A DNA stretch of 64,000 nucleotides from Bacteroidales bacterium (GTDB lineage: Bacteria > Bacteroidota > Bacteroidia > Bacteroidales > P3), in NCBI GenBank assembly GCA_017542345.1, contig JAFXXI010000009.1:32022-96021 (forward strand), given 5' to 3'. Below the pieces are notes generated by a model, which searched no databases, was not told the DNA's origin, and saw only the letters and a list, made by a program, of their open reading frames with translations. Every line of letters starts with the position of its first letter. Within the stretch, counting starts at the first letter, position 1. The position numbers and the translations under genes are program-made. Below, one piece after another: positions 37,685 to 46,901 of this stretch.

Positions 37685-37921
37685 TTACTTCTTCTCGTTC
37701 TCGATGTAAGCAATAGCGTCGCCGACAGTGACGATCTTCTCAGCGGCCTCGTCGGGAATCGAAAGATCGAATTCCTTCTCAAGCTCCATGATGAGTTCGA
37801 CGGTGTCCAGGGAATCGGCGCCAAGGTCGTTGGTGAAGCTGGCTTCGGGGACCACTTGACTTTCTTCCACACCCAGTTTGTCGGTGATAATGCTGATAAC
37901 TTTGGTTGCAATTTCTGACAT
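37685..37921 (-). CDS. acpP: Acyl carrier protein
   Basis: 78 aa with [17 protein letters not shown]. Confidence 0.95.
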   Translation of the reverse strand: MSEIATKVISIITDKLGVEESQVVPEASFTNDLGADSLDTVELIMELEKEFDLSIPDEAAEKIVTVGDAIAYIENEKK

Positions 37922-38090
37922 ATTCTTCAGTTTTTAAAGTTGAAATCGGATGCAAAGAAACGAAAAATTTCTGACATGTAAACATTTTTTAACACTTCTC
38001 ACCTACCCCCCGGACGATAAGGCGTTGATATAAAAGCATGTGAGTTATTAAAAAATTTAACTTTTCAAGCACCTCTGCAGCTGTTTTTTA

Positions 38091-38270
38091 CTCCCGCCGC
38101 GACCCTTTTCCCCCTTTTTGGACCCCTTCCCGGACCTACCATCGACGTATCATCTCCGACTAACGTCGGAGGGGGTACGGAGAGGGTAGGTCGATGGGAC
38201 GGTGTTGATACGGTGTTGGTTCCTGGAACAACTGGAATACAACATGTTACAAAGTATTAATTTTCCTTAA
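38091..38270 (+). repeat. Structured intergenic repeat, copy B (core 38146-38224)
   Basis: Same 79-nt core as copy A. The hairpin is TCCGAC-TAAC-GTCGGA. It has a C-rich 5' flank and an AT-rich tail (..CATGTTACAAAGTATTAATTTT). Confidence 0.8.
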
Positions 38271-38329
38271 TTTTGGGCGTATTTTAGCTGCCGGGAGAAA
38301 TTTTCTTCGCGTCGATTGGCTTTTTTTCG

Positions 38330-38337
38330 TATCTTTG
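38330..38337 (+). promoter_or_regulatory. Candidate -7 box (TATCTTTG) for purN
   Basis: Matches TAnnTTTG 26 nt upstream of the purN ATG. Confidence 0.45.
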
Positions 38338-38363
38338 CATTTCAAACCTATATTATATAAGGA

Positions 38364-38942
38364 ATGGAAAAGCCTGTGAGATTAGCCATACTGGGCTCCG
38401 GCAACGGCACCAACGCACAGCAGATTAGCGAGTATTTTGCGGGGAGCACCGATGTCGAGGTGGCTTGCATCATCTACAACAAACGCGACGCATACATAGC
38501 GCAGCGGGCCCGCAACTTGGGCATCGAGGCGCGCTATTTCGGCCGGAAAGATTTCTATGAGAGCACGGCGGTGCTCGACTATCTGCGCGAGAAACAGGCC
38601 GACTGGGTGATTCTAGCCTGGTTCCTCTGGCTGGTGCCCGAGCCGATGCTGGCTGCCTACCCCGGGCGCATCATCAACATCCACCCCGCCCTGCTTCCGA
38701 AATACGGCGGCAAAGGCATGTACGGCCACCATGTGCACGAGGCTGTCGTGGCCGCCGGCGAGCATGAGAGCGGCATCACCATCCACATCGTCGACCAACA
38801 CTATGACCGAGGCACCACCCTGTTCCAGGCGCGCTGCACGGTAACGCCCGACGACACCCCCGACACGCTGGCGGCAAAGATTCACCTGCTGGAGAAGGAG
38901 TATTTCCCGCGGGTGATTGACGAAACGATACACCGCGGTTAA
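38364..38942 (+). CDS. purN: Phosphoribosylglycinamide formyltransferase
   Basis: 192 aa with ..RIINIHPALLPKYGGKGMYGHHVHEAV.. typical of GAR transformylase. Confidence 0.9.
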   Translation: MEKPVRLAILGSGNGTNAQQISEYFAGSTDVEVACIIYNKRDAYIAQRARNLGIEARYFGRKDFYESTAVLDYLREKQADWVILAWFLWLVPEPMLAAYPGRIINIHPALLPKYGGKGMYGHHVHEAVVAAGEHESGITIHIVDQHYDRGTTLFQARCTVTPDDTPDTLAAKIHLLEKEYFPRVIDETIHRG

Positions 38943-38945
38943 GCC

Positions 38946-40073
38946 ATGCGCATCGCCATCAACACAAGACTGCTGCTTCCACATCGGATGGACGGCATCG
39001 GGTGGTTCACGGCCGAGACGGCCCGCCACATCGTGCTGGCCCACCCCGAACATACGTTCTACTTTTTCTTCGACCGCAAGCACGACCCCTCGTTCCTCTA
39101 CGCCGACAATGTGGTGCCGGTAGTGCTGTGCCCGCAGGCGCGGCACCCCGTGCTGTGGCAGATGTTCTTCGAATGGGCAGTCCCAGCAGCATTGAAACGC
39201 TACAAGATAGACCTCTTCGTGTCGCCCGACGGCATGATACCGCTGCACTGCAACGTGCCGACACTAAGCGTAATACACGACCTAAACTTCGAACACTCGG
39301 AGCAGAACCTCAAGGCGTCGCACCACCGCTATATGAAGTATTTCTTCCCGCGGTTTGCCCGCAAGGCTACACGCGTGGCCACGGTGTCGGAGTACTCAAA
39401 GCGCGACATCGCAGAGACCTACGTCATTAATCCCAAAAAGATTGACGTGGTCTATGACGGTGCACATTCCTGCTACCGGCCTTCCGATGACGCCCAGAAG
39501 GCAGCCACACGGCAGCGCTACACACAAGGATGCCCCTACCTGATTTTCATCAGCACCATACTGAAACGCAAGAACTTGGCGGCCCTGCTAACGGCCTTCG
39601 ACAAGGTGAAGGAGGACGACCGCCGCGGGCTGAAGTTAGTGGTGGTGGGACACCGCGCCTGGTGGCAGGATGAGTTGGCGGCGGCCTACGACGCAATGCG
39701 CCACAAGGAGGATGTACTGATGCTGGGCAGGGTGGACGCTGAGCCATTATCAGAGCTTCTGTCTGCAGCCGAGGCACTGGTCTATCCATCATACTTTGAG
39801 GGGTTTGGCATTCCAATACTGGAAGCCATGTACGCCGAAACACCCGTCATCTGCTCACAAACCACCTCGATGCCCGAAGTAGGTGGCGATGCGGTGCTGT
39901 ATATCGACCCGACCTCCACAGACAGCATAGCACATGCTATCAGGCAGTTAGAAGACCCAAAGGTGAAGGAAAGCTTGATTGCGAAAGGTCGCCTACAGCG
40001 AGAGAAATTTAGCTGGAAGAAGACCGCTAACCTACTGTGGACAAGCATGATGAATACCATCGGAAACAAATGA
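38946..40073 (+). CDS. Glycosyltransferase, GT4/GT-B family
   Basis: 375 aa with EX7E motif region YFEGFGIPILEAM. Confidence 0.85.
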   Translation: MRIAINTRLLLPHRMDGIGWFTAETARHIVLAHPEHTFYFFFDRKHDPSFLYADNVVPVVLCPQARHPVLWQMFFEWAVPAALKRYKIDLFVSPDGMIPLHCNVPTLSVIHDLNFEHSEQNLKASHHRYMKYFFPRFARKATRVATVSEYSKRDIAETYVINPKKIDVVYDGAHSCYRPSDDAQKAATRQRYTQGCPYLIFISTILKRKNLAALLTAFDKVKEDDRRGLKLVVVGHRAWWQDELAAAYDAMRHKEDVLMLGRVDAEPLSELLSAAEALVYPSYFEGFGIPILEAMYAETPVICSQTTSMPEVGGDAVLYIDPTSTDSIAHAIRQLEDPKVKESLIAKGRLQREKFSWKKTANLLWTSMMNTIGNK

Positions 40074-41212
40074 GACTCCACTGGACAACCCTCGCCTGCC
40101 TACTGATAGCCCTGCAATGGGGCGTATTGAATGCGCAGACTACTGATAACATGGTATTTAATCCATCGTTCGAAGAGCATCTGCGCTGCCCCGAGCGTAT
40201 CGACGCTCTGGGGGTGATGACCAGTGTCGAGGCGTGGTGGCAACCTACCGGCGGAAGCAGCGACTACTTCCACATCTGCGGCGGTCGCGACTGCGGTGTG
40301 CCCCGCAACAAGCTGGGGGTCCAGGCCGCACACTCGGGCGACGCCTATTGTGGCATCTACTGCTCACAGGAGAACTACCGCGAATACTTGCAAACTGAAC
40401 TGAAAGAACCCATGAAGGCCGGCCGGCGATACCACGTGAGCTTCTGGGTGAGCCTGGCCGACAAGTCGCCCCACGCCGTGGCAACATTAGGCGCGCTGTT
40501 CACCACTGAACGCATCAGCGATACGTCATGGGGATTGCTGATGCACAAGGAAATAGTGACACTTGAACACAACGAGAACCAAGTCATCGCCACACCATAT
40601 AATGCGCAAGTGGCGAACGGTGAGGAGCGGGTACTGGACAACGACAAGGAGTGGGTGGAAGTCAGCGGTGAGATGACCGCGTCGGGAGGGGAACGCTTCC
40701 TGACGCTGGGCAACTTCCGCACGTTCAACCACTCGAATGTCCGCAATAGAGAACAGATAAACGCTATCTTGCAGGGTGCCTATTACTACATTGACGACGT
40801 GAGCGTAACAGCGTTGGATGAAGACAAGCAACCGGCAAAGCCTCAACCAAAGCAACTTCCAGAGGAGGGCCAGGTGGTCACGCTATGGAACCTGTTTTTC
40901 GCCACGGGCAAAAGCGAGGTGCTGCCTCAATCGCACAATGAGCTGTACCGATTGCGTCGACTGATGGAGGAAAAACCAACCATGAAGATAGAACTGCGTG
41001 GGCATACCGACAACCAAGGAACCTCCGAATTCAACCGTCGCCTGTCGGAAGCGCGTGCCCAGGCCGTGGCCGACTATCTCGTTGCGCACGGCATCGACAA
41101 AGCAAGACTCACCACCGTCGGTTTCGGGAAGACCATGCCGATAGACTCAAACGATACGGCCGAGGGGAGGAGCCGCAACCGCCGCGTGGAGTACCGGGTG
41201 CTGACAAAATAG
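40070..41212 (+). CDS. OmpA-family protein (N-terminal beta-sandwich-like domain + OmpA_C)
   Basis: The start is at ATG 40070 (MRLHWTTLACLLIALQWGVLNAQ) in an ATGA overlap with the upstream stop. The C-terminus reads ..IELRGHTDNQGTSEFNRRLSEARAQAVADYL..NRRVEY. Confidence 0.85.
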   Translation: MRLHWTTLACLLIALQWGVLNAQTTDNMVFNPSFEEHLRCPERIDALGVMTSVEAWWQPTGGSSDYFHICGGRDCGVPRNKLGVQAAHSGDAYCGIYCSQENYREYLQTELKEPMKAGRRYHVSFWVSLADKSPHAVATLGALFTTERISDTSWGLLMHKEIVTLEHNENQVIATPYNAQVANGEERVLDNDKEWVEVSGEMTASGGERFLTLGNFRTFNHSNVRNREQINAILQGAYYYIDDVSVTALDEDKQPAKPQPKQLPEEGQVVTLWNLFFATGKSEVLPQSHNELYRLRRLMEEKPTMKIELRGHTDNQGTSEFNRRLSEARAQAVADYLVAHGIDKARLTTVGFGKTMPIDSNDTAEGRSRNRRVEYRVLTK

Positions 41213-41229
41213 ATTATGTATATATATAA

Positions 41230-41263
41230 AGAGGCGGGCTTCCGATGGAAGCCCGCCTCTTTT
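41230..41263. terminator. Bidirectional hairpin terminator
   Basis: AGAGGCGGGCTTC-cgat-GGAAGCCCGCCTCT followed by TTT, between convergent genes. Confidence 0.8.
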
Positions 41264-41279
41264 ATCTCGACAACTTTAA

Positions 41280-42554
41280 TTAATCCATCACGCGATAGAA
41301 ACTGACACGACGGTTGAGGGCGTACTGAATGTCGCCGAAGGCAACGCTCTTACCCTTATAGTCGGTCTGGATACGATCTTCGTCAATACCATAGCTCTTG
41401 ACAAGGAGGCGCTTGACCTCGTTGGCACGCTTCTCGGAGAGCTTCATGTTGTACTGGTCGCTGCCAGTGTAGTCAGCAAAACCAACAACCATGATCTTAA
41501 CATCGGAGTTGTCCTTCAGGACGCGAGCCACGGCTTTCACCTTGTCCATCTCCGTATCGGAGACCTTCCAGTCGTTGACCTCATACTGCACCGAGAAAGG
41601 CATAGCGTAGAAGTTGAGCTGGTCGGCCTTGATCTGGTCGATGACAGCCTGGAGGCTATCGGCAGCAGCGCTGTTGCCCTTGGCCTGGTTGGCCTGAGCC
41701 TCGGCGAGCTGATCCTCAAGCTCGGCAATACGGTTCTCGAGTTTCTTCTCGTTGTTGCGCGAAGCGGCAACCTGGTTCTCGAGGTTGTTAACCTGGGTGT
41801 TGAGGGCACCGAAGTTCTCCTGAGTCAGCATAGCTTTCTGAGCGGCTACAGCCTGGTCAGCGGCGGTCACGCCGAAGCAATAGAAGTAACCCAAACGGAA
41901 GATACGGTTGGTGTGGTGCAGATCCGAGGAGAAGAACACCTTGGGCGAGGGAGCATCACCGTTGATGTCATAGCCGTACTCCATGAAGAAGTGGTGAGCA
42001 TCGCCAAAACGGTAGTTCATACCAAGACCGCCGTCAAGAGTGATTCCAACAGTACCATAATCGGTATAGGGAATCGAAACGGTGTCTTTCATCAGACCGT
42101 TCATGCTGAGACCAAGACCGCCACCAGCAAAGATGTAGAGGTTAAAGCGACGATCAGGATCGTAGCCCATGATAGCGTTGTTCAGCGAGAACAGCAGGTC
42201 AAGAGTCAGCGTAGCATGACGGTCCATGCCAAAGCCCTTGCCGTTGCCATCCGTAGCCACTCTGGGAGCGCCGAAGCTAGGGAAGCCCAGACGGATACGC
42301 CAGTCAAAAGCGTGGTTAAGCTTCTGCTGGGCGAAGAAGTCCATGCCAGTGTTGGTGGACACGCGCCAACCTTCACCGAAGTTGAAACCGCCCATTTGGG
42401 CCTGATTGTTGAGGTCAATCGAAGTACCAATCGACCAGTTGCTCCAGAAACCATAGCGCGGATACTCGGGCTTACCGGTGTTCTGTGCAATAGCGGTAAT
42501 GGATGTCAGTACGATTGACATCACAACGCTCAATTTTAATACTTTTTTCAGCAT
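41280..42554 (-). CDS. OmpA-family outer-membrane protein (barrel + coiled coil + OmpA_C)
   Basis: 424 aa with signal peptide ..LTSITAIAQ. A coiled coil reads ..LENQVAASRNNEKKLENRIAELEDQLAEAQ. The C-terminus reads ..VVGFADYTGSDQYNMKLSEKRANEV.. Confidence 0.88.
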   Translation of the reverse strand: MLKKVLKLSVVMSIVLTSITAIAQNTGKPEYPRYGFWSNWSIGTSIDLNNQAQMGGFNFGEGWRVSTNTGMDFFAQQKLNHAFDWRIRLGFPSFGAPRVATDGNGKGFGMDRHATLTLDLLFSLNNAIMGYDPDRRFNLYIFAGGGLGLSMNGLMKDTVSIPYTDYGTVGITLDGGLGMNYRFGDAHHFFMEYGYDINGDAPSPKVFFSSDLHHTNRIFRLGYFYCFGVTAADQAVAAQKAMLTQENFGALNTQVNNLENQVAASRNNEKKLENRIAELEDQLAEAQANQAKGNSAAADSLQAVIDQIKADQLNFYAMPFSVQYEVNDWKVSDTEMDKVKAVARVLKDNSDVKIMVVGFADYTGSDQYNMKLSEKRANEVKRLLVKSYGIDEDRIQTDYKGKSVAFGDIQYALNRRVSFYRVMD

Positions 42555-42712
42555 ATTTTTTTCTGTATTTATAGTTATTTTCTTTTATAATTTTCGACTT
42601 ACATGCTCTAAATCAAAATGCAAAAGTACAAATATTTTTTCAATTGGAGAAAATATTTTTTTTACCTCTTCGTTAATTAGAAGAAAATATTGCAGTTACA
42701 GCATAAAAAATT

Positions 42713-42746
42713 TTTGCAAGTGCCTGTTTTTGGGCCATTATTTTTG
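42713..42746 (+). promoter_or_regulatory. Bacteroidetes-type promoter of pgi (-33 TTTG / -7 TATTTTTG)
   Basis: TTTG at 42713-42716, then a 22-nt spacer, then TATTTTTG at 42739-42746. It lies 30 nt upstream of the ATG. Confidence 0.55.
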
Positions 42747-42775
42747 AACAAAATATCAACAAAACAATACAAAAT

Positions 42776-44083
42776 ATGGAGACAATCAGCATCAACATTG
42801 AGCATGTGCTCAACAAACTGACGCGGGCAGAGATAGACGCCCTTCTGCCCGAGATACTGGAAGCGAAAAAGCACCTTCTGGCGGGCGATGCCGCCGGAAA
42901 CGACTTCCTTGGCTGGGTCAATCTGCCCGAAACCATCGACAGCGAGATGCTTTCACGGCTGAAAGCCGATATCCACAGACTCGCCCCCAAAAGCCGCATC
43001 ATGGTGGTTGTCGGCATCGGCGGTTCCTATCTCGGTGCGCGCATGGTAATCGAGGCGCTGCAATCGGAGTTCGACGCCATGAACCATGGGGAAAAGCCTT
43101 ATATTGTCTACGCGGGACACACCCTCGGAGAGGACTACTATCACCAGCTGCTCACCCTTCTGGACGGCTGTGACTATTCCGTCTGCGTCATCTCCAAAAG
43201 CGGCACAACCACTGAGCCCGCCGTGGCATTCCGTATCGTCAAGGCCCATCTGGAGAAAAAAAAGGGTGCCGAAGAAGCCAGCAAGCGCATCATAGCCATC
43301 ACCGACGCCCGCCGAGGCGCCCTGCACGAGATTGCAGTCCAGGAAGGCTACCCGATGTATGTCATCCCCGACGACGTCGGCGGACGCTTCTCCGTGCTCA
43401 CCCCCGTCGGCCTGCTGCCCATCGCCATGGCGGGCTACAACATCGACCGTCTGCTGCAAGGCGCCCGCGACATGCGCCGCACCTGTATCGACAACGACAC
43501 CCTCGACTCCAACCCCGCCCTGATGTACGCCGCCGTCCGTAACGCGCTCTACCGCAAGGGCATCAAGGTCGAGATGCTCGTCAGCTGCCAGCTGAACCTG
43601 CGCTACCTCGCCGAATGGTGGAAGCAGCTCTATGGCGAAAGCGAGGGCAAAGACGGCAAAGGCCTGCTGCCGCACAGCATCACCATCACTACCGACCTGC
43701 ACTCCATGGGCCAGTATGTGCAAGACGGAGAGCGTCTGATGATGGAAACCATGCTCCGCGTGCGCAAACCGAACGCCACCGTACCCGTGCCCACCGACGA
43801 ACGCAACCTCGACGGCATCAACTACCTCACCAACAAGAGTTTGACTGAAATCAACGACTGTGCTACCGAAGGCACCATCGCCGCCCATGTCTCCGGCGGT
43901 GTGCCCGTCATGGAAATCACGGTGCCCCGTGTGGACGAATATGTCCTCGGGCAACTCATCTACTTCTTCGAGTTTGCCTGCGGTGTGAGCGGCTATACCC
44001 TCGGTGTCAACCCCTTCGACCAGCCCGGTGTAGAAGCCTACAAGAAGAACATGTTCCACCTGCTCGGCAAACCCGGTTTCTAA
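42776..44083 (+). CDS. pgi: Glucose-6-phosphate isomerase
   Basis: 435 aa of the short PGI type, with DVGGRFSVLTPVGLLP and ..WWKQLYGESEGKDGKGL.. Confidence 0.93.
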   Translation: METISINIEHVLNKLTRAEIDALLPEILEAKKHLLAGDAAGNDFLGWVNLPETIDSEMLSRLKADIHRLAPKSRIMVVVGIGGSYLGARMVIEALQSEFDAMNHGEKPYIVYAGHTLGEDYYHQLLTLLDGCDYSVCVISKSGTTTEPAVAFRIVKAHLEKKKGAEEASKRIIAITDARRGALHEIAVQEGYPMYVIPDDVGGRFSVLTPVGLLPIAMAGYNIDRLLQGARDMRRTCIDNDTLDSNPALMYAAVRNALYRKGIKVEMLVSCQLNLRYLAEWWKQLYGESEGKDGKGLLPHSITITTDLHSMGQYVQDGERLMMETMLRVRKPNATVPVPTDERNLDGINYLTNKSLTEINDCATEGTIAAHVSGGVPVMEITVPRVDEYVLGQLIYFFEFACGVSGYTLGVNPFDQPGVEAYKKNMFHLLGKPGF

Positions 44084-44110
44084 ACCTCTTCCTTTATTCC
44101 TTTAAATAAT

Positions 44111-44158
44111 CATATAGCACTTTTGCCCGACTTAGGGTGAAAGTGCTATATGTTTTAT
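44111..44158 (+). terminator. pgi terminator hairpin
   Basis: CATATAGCACTTT / AAAGTGCTATATG is a 13-bp stem with a loop of about 16 nt, followed by TTTTATT. Confidence 0.65.
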
Positions 44159-44180
44159 TGCATCTCAAGCCTTCCAAACG

Positions 44181-44325
44181 TCCTAATTTTAACAATTTTT
44201 AACTGTTTGCAACGGCCTCTGTTTCAAGTCTTCCAGGGACCAACGCCGTATCAACACCGTCCCATCGACATACCCTCTCCATACCCCCTCCGACCACCGT
44301 CGGTGATGATACGTCGAAGGTACCT
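44181..44325 (-). repeat. Structured intergenic repeat, copy C (core 44235-44313, reverse orientation)
   Basis: The reverse complement equals the copy A/B core, with hairpin CCGAC-GGTG-GTCGG and tail ..CAGTTAAAAATTGTTAAAATT. It lacks the C-rich flank. Confidence 0.8.
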
Positions 44326-44347
44326 TGTTTAAGTTCTCCACAGGCAT

Positions 44348-44406
44348 AAAAAAAACCCTGCACACGCAAGGCATATCACAAAGGGCCACGGCATCTTGCG
44401 CTGCAG
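44348..44406 (-). terminator. Probable ssb terminator
   Basis: The minus strand has an interrupted stem CTGCAGCGCAAG...CTTGCGTGTGCAG followed by GGTTTTTTTT. The loop is long (24 nt), so confidence is moderate. Confidence 0.5.
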
Positions 44407-44439
44407 CCTCCATCGACTTGACATTATTGAGGTTAATCC

Positions 44440-44871
44440 CTAGAAGGGCAGGTCGCCGAGCGGTTCGGTATCGGCGTTGAGGATGTCCATCAAGGGGTTG
44501 TTGTGAGCGGCATTGTCGTCGTTGCGCTGCCGGTTGGAGAGGAGGAGCAGGTTGTCGGCCACCACCTCGGTGACGTGCCGCTTGTTGCCTTCTTTGTCCT
44601 CCCAGGTGCGGCTCTGGAGCCGTCCTTCTATATAGACTTGGGCACCTTTGGTCAGGATGCGCTCGGCCACATCGGCCAAGCCGCGCCAGCAAACCACGCT
44701 GTGCCACTCGGTGATTTCTACACGTTCGTTGTCGCGGCTGCGCCGGGTTTCGGTAGTTGCCAGGGGGAAGGATGCCTTTTTGACAGGCGCGGCGCCTTCG
44801 GAAGGAAATGTCACTACGTCAGGGTTCTTACCCACATTGCCCACAAGAATAACTTTGTTTACTCCAATCAT
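44440..44871 (-). CDS. ssb: Single-stranded DNA-binding protein
   Basis: The start is at the internal ATG 44871 (MIGVNKVILVGNVGKNPDV..). It has an OB fold and an acidic C-terminal tail ending DLPF. Confidence 0.9.
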   Translation of the reverse strand: MIGVNKVILVGNVGKNPDVVTFPSEGAAPVKKASFPLATTETRRSRDNERVEITEWHSVVCWRGLADVAERILTKGAQVYIEGRLQSRTWEDKEGNKRHVTEVVADNLLLLSNRQRNDDNAAHNNPLMDILNADTEPLGDLPF

Positions 44872-44995
44872 ACTTGTTTCGTTGTACGTTACTGTTTGCT
44901 GATGTCGTTTTTCCGGGTGCGGAAGACGCACTCCTATACTCATAAATTCGATTGCGAAAATACGACTTTTTTTGCAAACAGCGCTATAAAGATAT

Positions 44996-46042
44996 TCACA
45001 AACCCTGCAAATATCTGTCTATCAACCTTGACACAGGGATATCTTTTATCTCCTCGGCGGAAACCATGCGCATATTTTCAGGCATGGCGGCGGGCGGCGT
45101 GGCGATTTCGGCCCGCAGGAAAGCGGCGTGGACAGTGCGGTGAGTGAGCTGGTGGACACAGGTGCCCGCATCGCTGAACCGCAGCCCCGTCAGCCCAAGA
45201 CTCTCGCGGCAGTAGCGGCGGGCGGCAGCAACAAGGGCGGCGGGCGCGGACTGACTGTCGAACTCCACCAGCGGCAACTCCCACAGATTGCGCCAGATAT
45301 CGCGCGCGGTGCGCTGCTGCATCAGTCGGCTGTCGCCGCAGCGCAGGTCGAGATAGAGGAACCAGCGGTCGGTAGGTCGGACTTTGGCGGCCTTGACTGG
45401 CAGCGAGTCGACACGCCCGGTGCGCAACGCCACGCATTCGGAGGCGAAAGGGCAGGCCGCGCAGTCGGGGGCGGGCCGGCACTGGAGCGAACCGAAATCC
45501 ATCAGAGCGGCGTTGAAGCGGTCGGGCCGCTCGGGATCGATGAGACGCCGAAGCAGACCCTCAAACTCGGTGTAGGCAGCATCGGTGGCCACCGGAGTGG
45601 CGATGCCATAGAGGCGGCTGATGAAGCGGTAGACGTTTCCGTCGATGACGGGATAAGGAAGACGGTAGGCGAACGAGGCGATGGCGGCGGCGGTGTAGCG
45701 TCCGACCCCCTTGAGGCGAAGGATACCCTCGTAGGTATCGGGGAAACGGCCGCCACACTGGTCCATGATGTATCGGGCGGCGGCATGGAGGTTGCGGGCA
45801 CGGGAATAGTAACCGAGTCCCTGCCAGAGGCGCAGCACCTGCTCCTCGGTGGCGGCAGCGAGGTCGGCCACCGTGGGGAAGGCCTCGATGAATCGGAACC
45901 AGTAGTCGCGACCTTGCTCGATACGGGTCTGCTGGAGTATGATTTCAGACAGCCAGATGTGGTACGGATTGTCGATTCCGCGCCACGGAAGATCACGTCC
46001 GAAGTCGTTGTACCAAGCCTCCAATTTTTGCGAAAAAGCCAT
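44996..46042 (-). CDS. mutY: A/G-specific adenine DNA glycosylase
   Basis: 348 aa with WYNDFGRDLPWR, HhH-GPD, a four-Cys loop CRPAPDCAACPFASEC, and a NUDIX-like C-terminal domain. Confidence 0.9.
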   Translation of the reverse strand: MAFSQKLEAWYNDFGRDLPWRGIDNPYHIWLSEIILQQTRIEQGRDYWFRFIEAFPTVADLAAATEEQVLRLWQGLGYYSRARNLHAAARYIMDQCGGRFPDTYEGILRLKGVGRYTAAAIASFAYRLPYPVIDGNVYRFISRLYGIATPVATDAAYTEFEGLLRRLIDPERPDRFNAALMDFGSLQCRPAPDCAACPFASECVALRTGRVDSLPVKAAKVRPTDRWFLYLDLRCGDSRLMQQRTARDIWRNLWELPLVEFDSQSAPAALVAAARRYCRESLGLTGLRFSDAGTCVHQLTHRTVHAAFLRAEIATPPAAMPENMRMVSAEEIKDIPVSRLIDRYLQGL

Positions 46043-46200
46043 GCCGATTGTTGATAAATGTGCTGCTGAGAGACGCTAACTACCTGAAAAAAGAGTGTTA
46101 AATTGCAATTTTATATTTTATACACATCAATCGTTTACTGGTAGTTACGTTTTACAATATGTTAAAAATATTTAAATATCCACTTTTGAACCGCGAGAGT

Positions 46201-46232
46201 TTTGGTCATATCGGAAAAAGGTAGTACTTTTG
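46201..46232 (+). promoter_or_regulatory. Bacteroidetes-type promoter of rpmB (-33 TTTG / -7 TACTTTTG)
   Basis: TTTG at 46201-46204, then a 20-nt spacer, then TACTTTTG at 46225-46232. Confidence 0.6.
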
Positions 46233-46298
46233 CACTCCGTTTTCGAAAGAAAATGGACGCAATAGTAAACGTAAAAAAACAATAAAAAGTATACTGCA

Positions 46299-46538
46299 AT
46301 GTCAAAGAAATGTGAAATCACCGGCAAGAAAGTAGTCGTGGGTAACAACGTGTCGCATTCGCGCATCCACACCAAGCGCACCTTCTCCCCCAACCTGCAG
46401 ACCAAGAAGTTCTACATCCCTGAAGAGGATATGTGGATCACGCTGAAGGTCTCGGCCAAGGGCATGCGCATCATCAACAAGAAAGGCATCATCGCCGCCC
46501 TTAATGACGCTGCCGCCCAGGGACACTTGATGTTCTAA
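46299..46538 (+). CDS. rpmB: 50S ribosomal protein L28
   Basis: 79 aa: MSKKCEITGKKVVVGNNVSHSRIHTKRTFSPNLQ.. Confidence 0.93.
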   Translation: MSKKCEITGKKVVVGNNVSHSRIHTKRTFSPNLQTKKFYIPEEDMWITLKVSAKGMRIINKKGIIAALNDAAAQGHLMF

Positions 46539-46603
46539 ACGAGAAGACCCAAAAGTCTTAATAAATCAATTAGTATTAACCTTAAAAGAAAGAGGTATTA
46601 GCA

Positions 46604-46801
46604 ATGATCGTAGTTCCCATCAAAGAAGGTGAAAACCTCGAAAGAGCTCTGAAGAAGCTGAAACGCAAATTTGACAAAACCGGCGTGGTGAAGGAGATGC
46701 GTCGTCGTCAGCAGTTCACCAAACCGAGCGTCATCAATCGCGAGAAGCACCTCAAGGCCATCTACGTTCAGCACCTGCGTCAGCAAGAGCTGGACAAGTA
46801 A
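46604..46801 (+). CDS. rpsU: 30S ribosomal protein S21
   Basis: 65 aa: MIVVPIKEGENLERALKKLKRKFDKTGVVKEMRRRQQFTKPS.. Confidence 0.88.
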   Translation: MIVVPIKEGENLERALKKLKRKFDKTGVVKEMRRRQQFTKPSVINREKHLKAIYVQHLRQQELDK

Positions 46802-46850
46802 GCCCACCGAGAGAGCTCCACAAGAAGGAGCGACGCCATTGAACAAGAAA

Positions 46851-46881
46851 AGCCCGATACCCATGAGGTGTCGGGCTTTTT
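46851..46881. terminator. Bidirectional terminator shared by rpsU (+) and the six-gene operon (-)
   Basis: AGCCCGATAC-ccatgag-GTGTCGGGCT is a 10-bp stem with one G-U pair. It is followed by TTTTT on plus and TTTCTTGTT on minus. Confidence 0.75.
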
Positions 46882-46901
46882 GCATTGGTTAGCACCTTGG
46901 T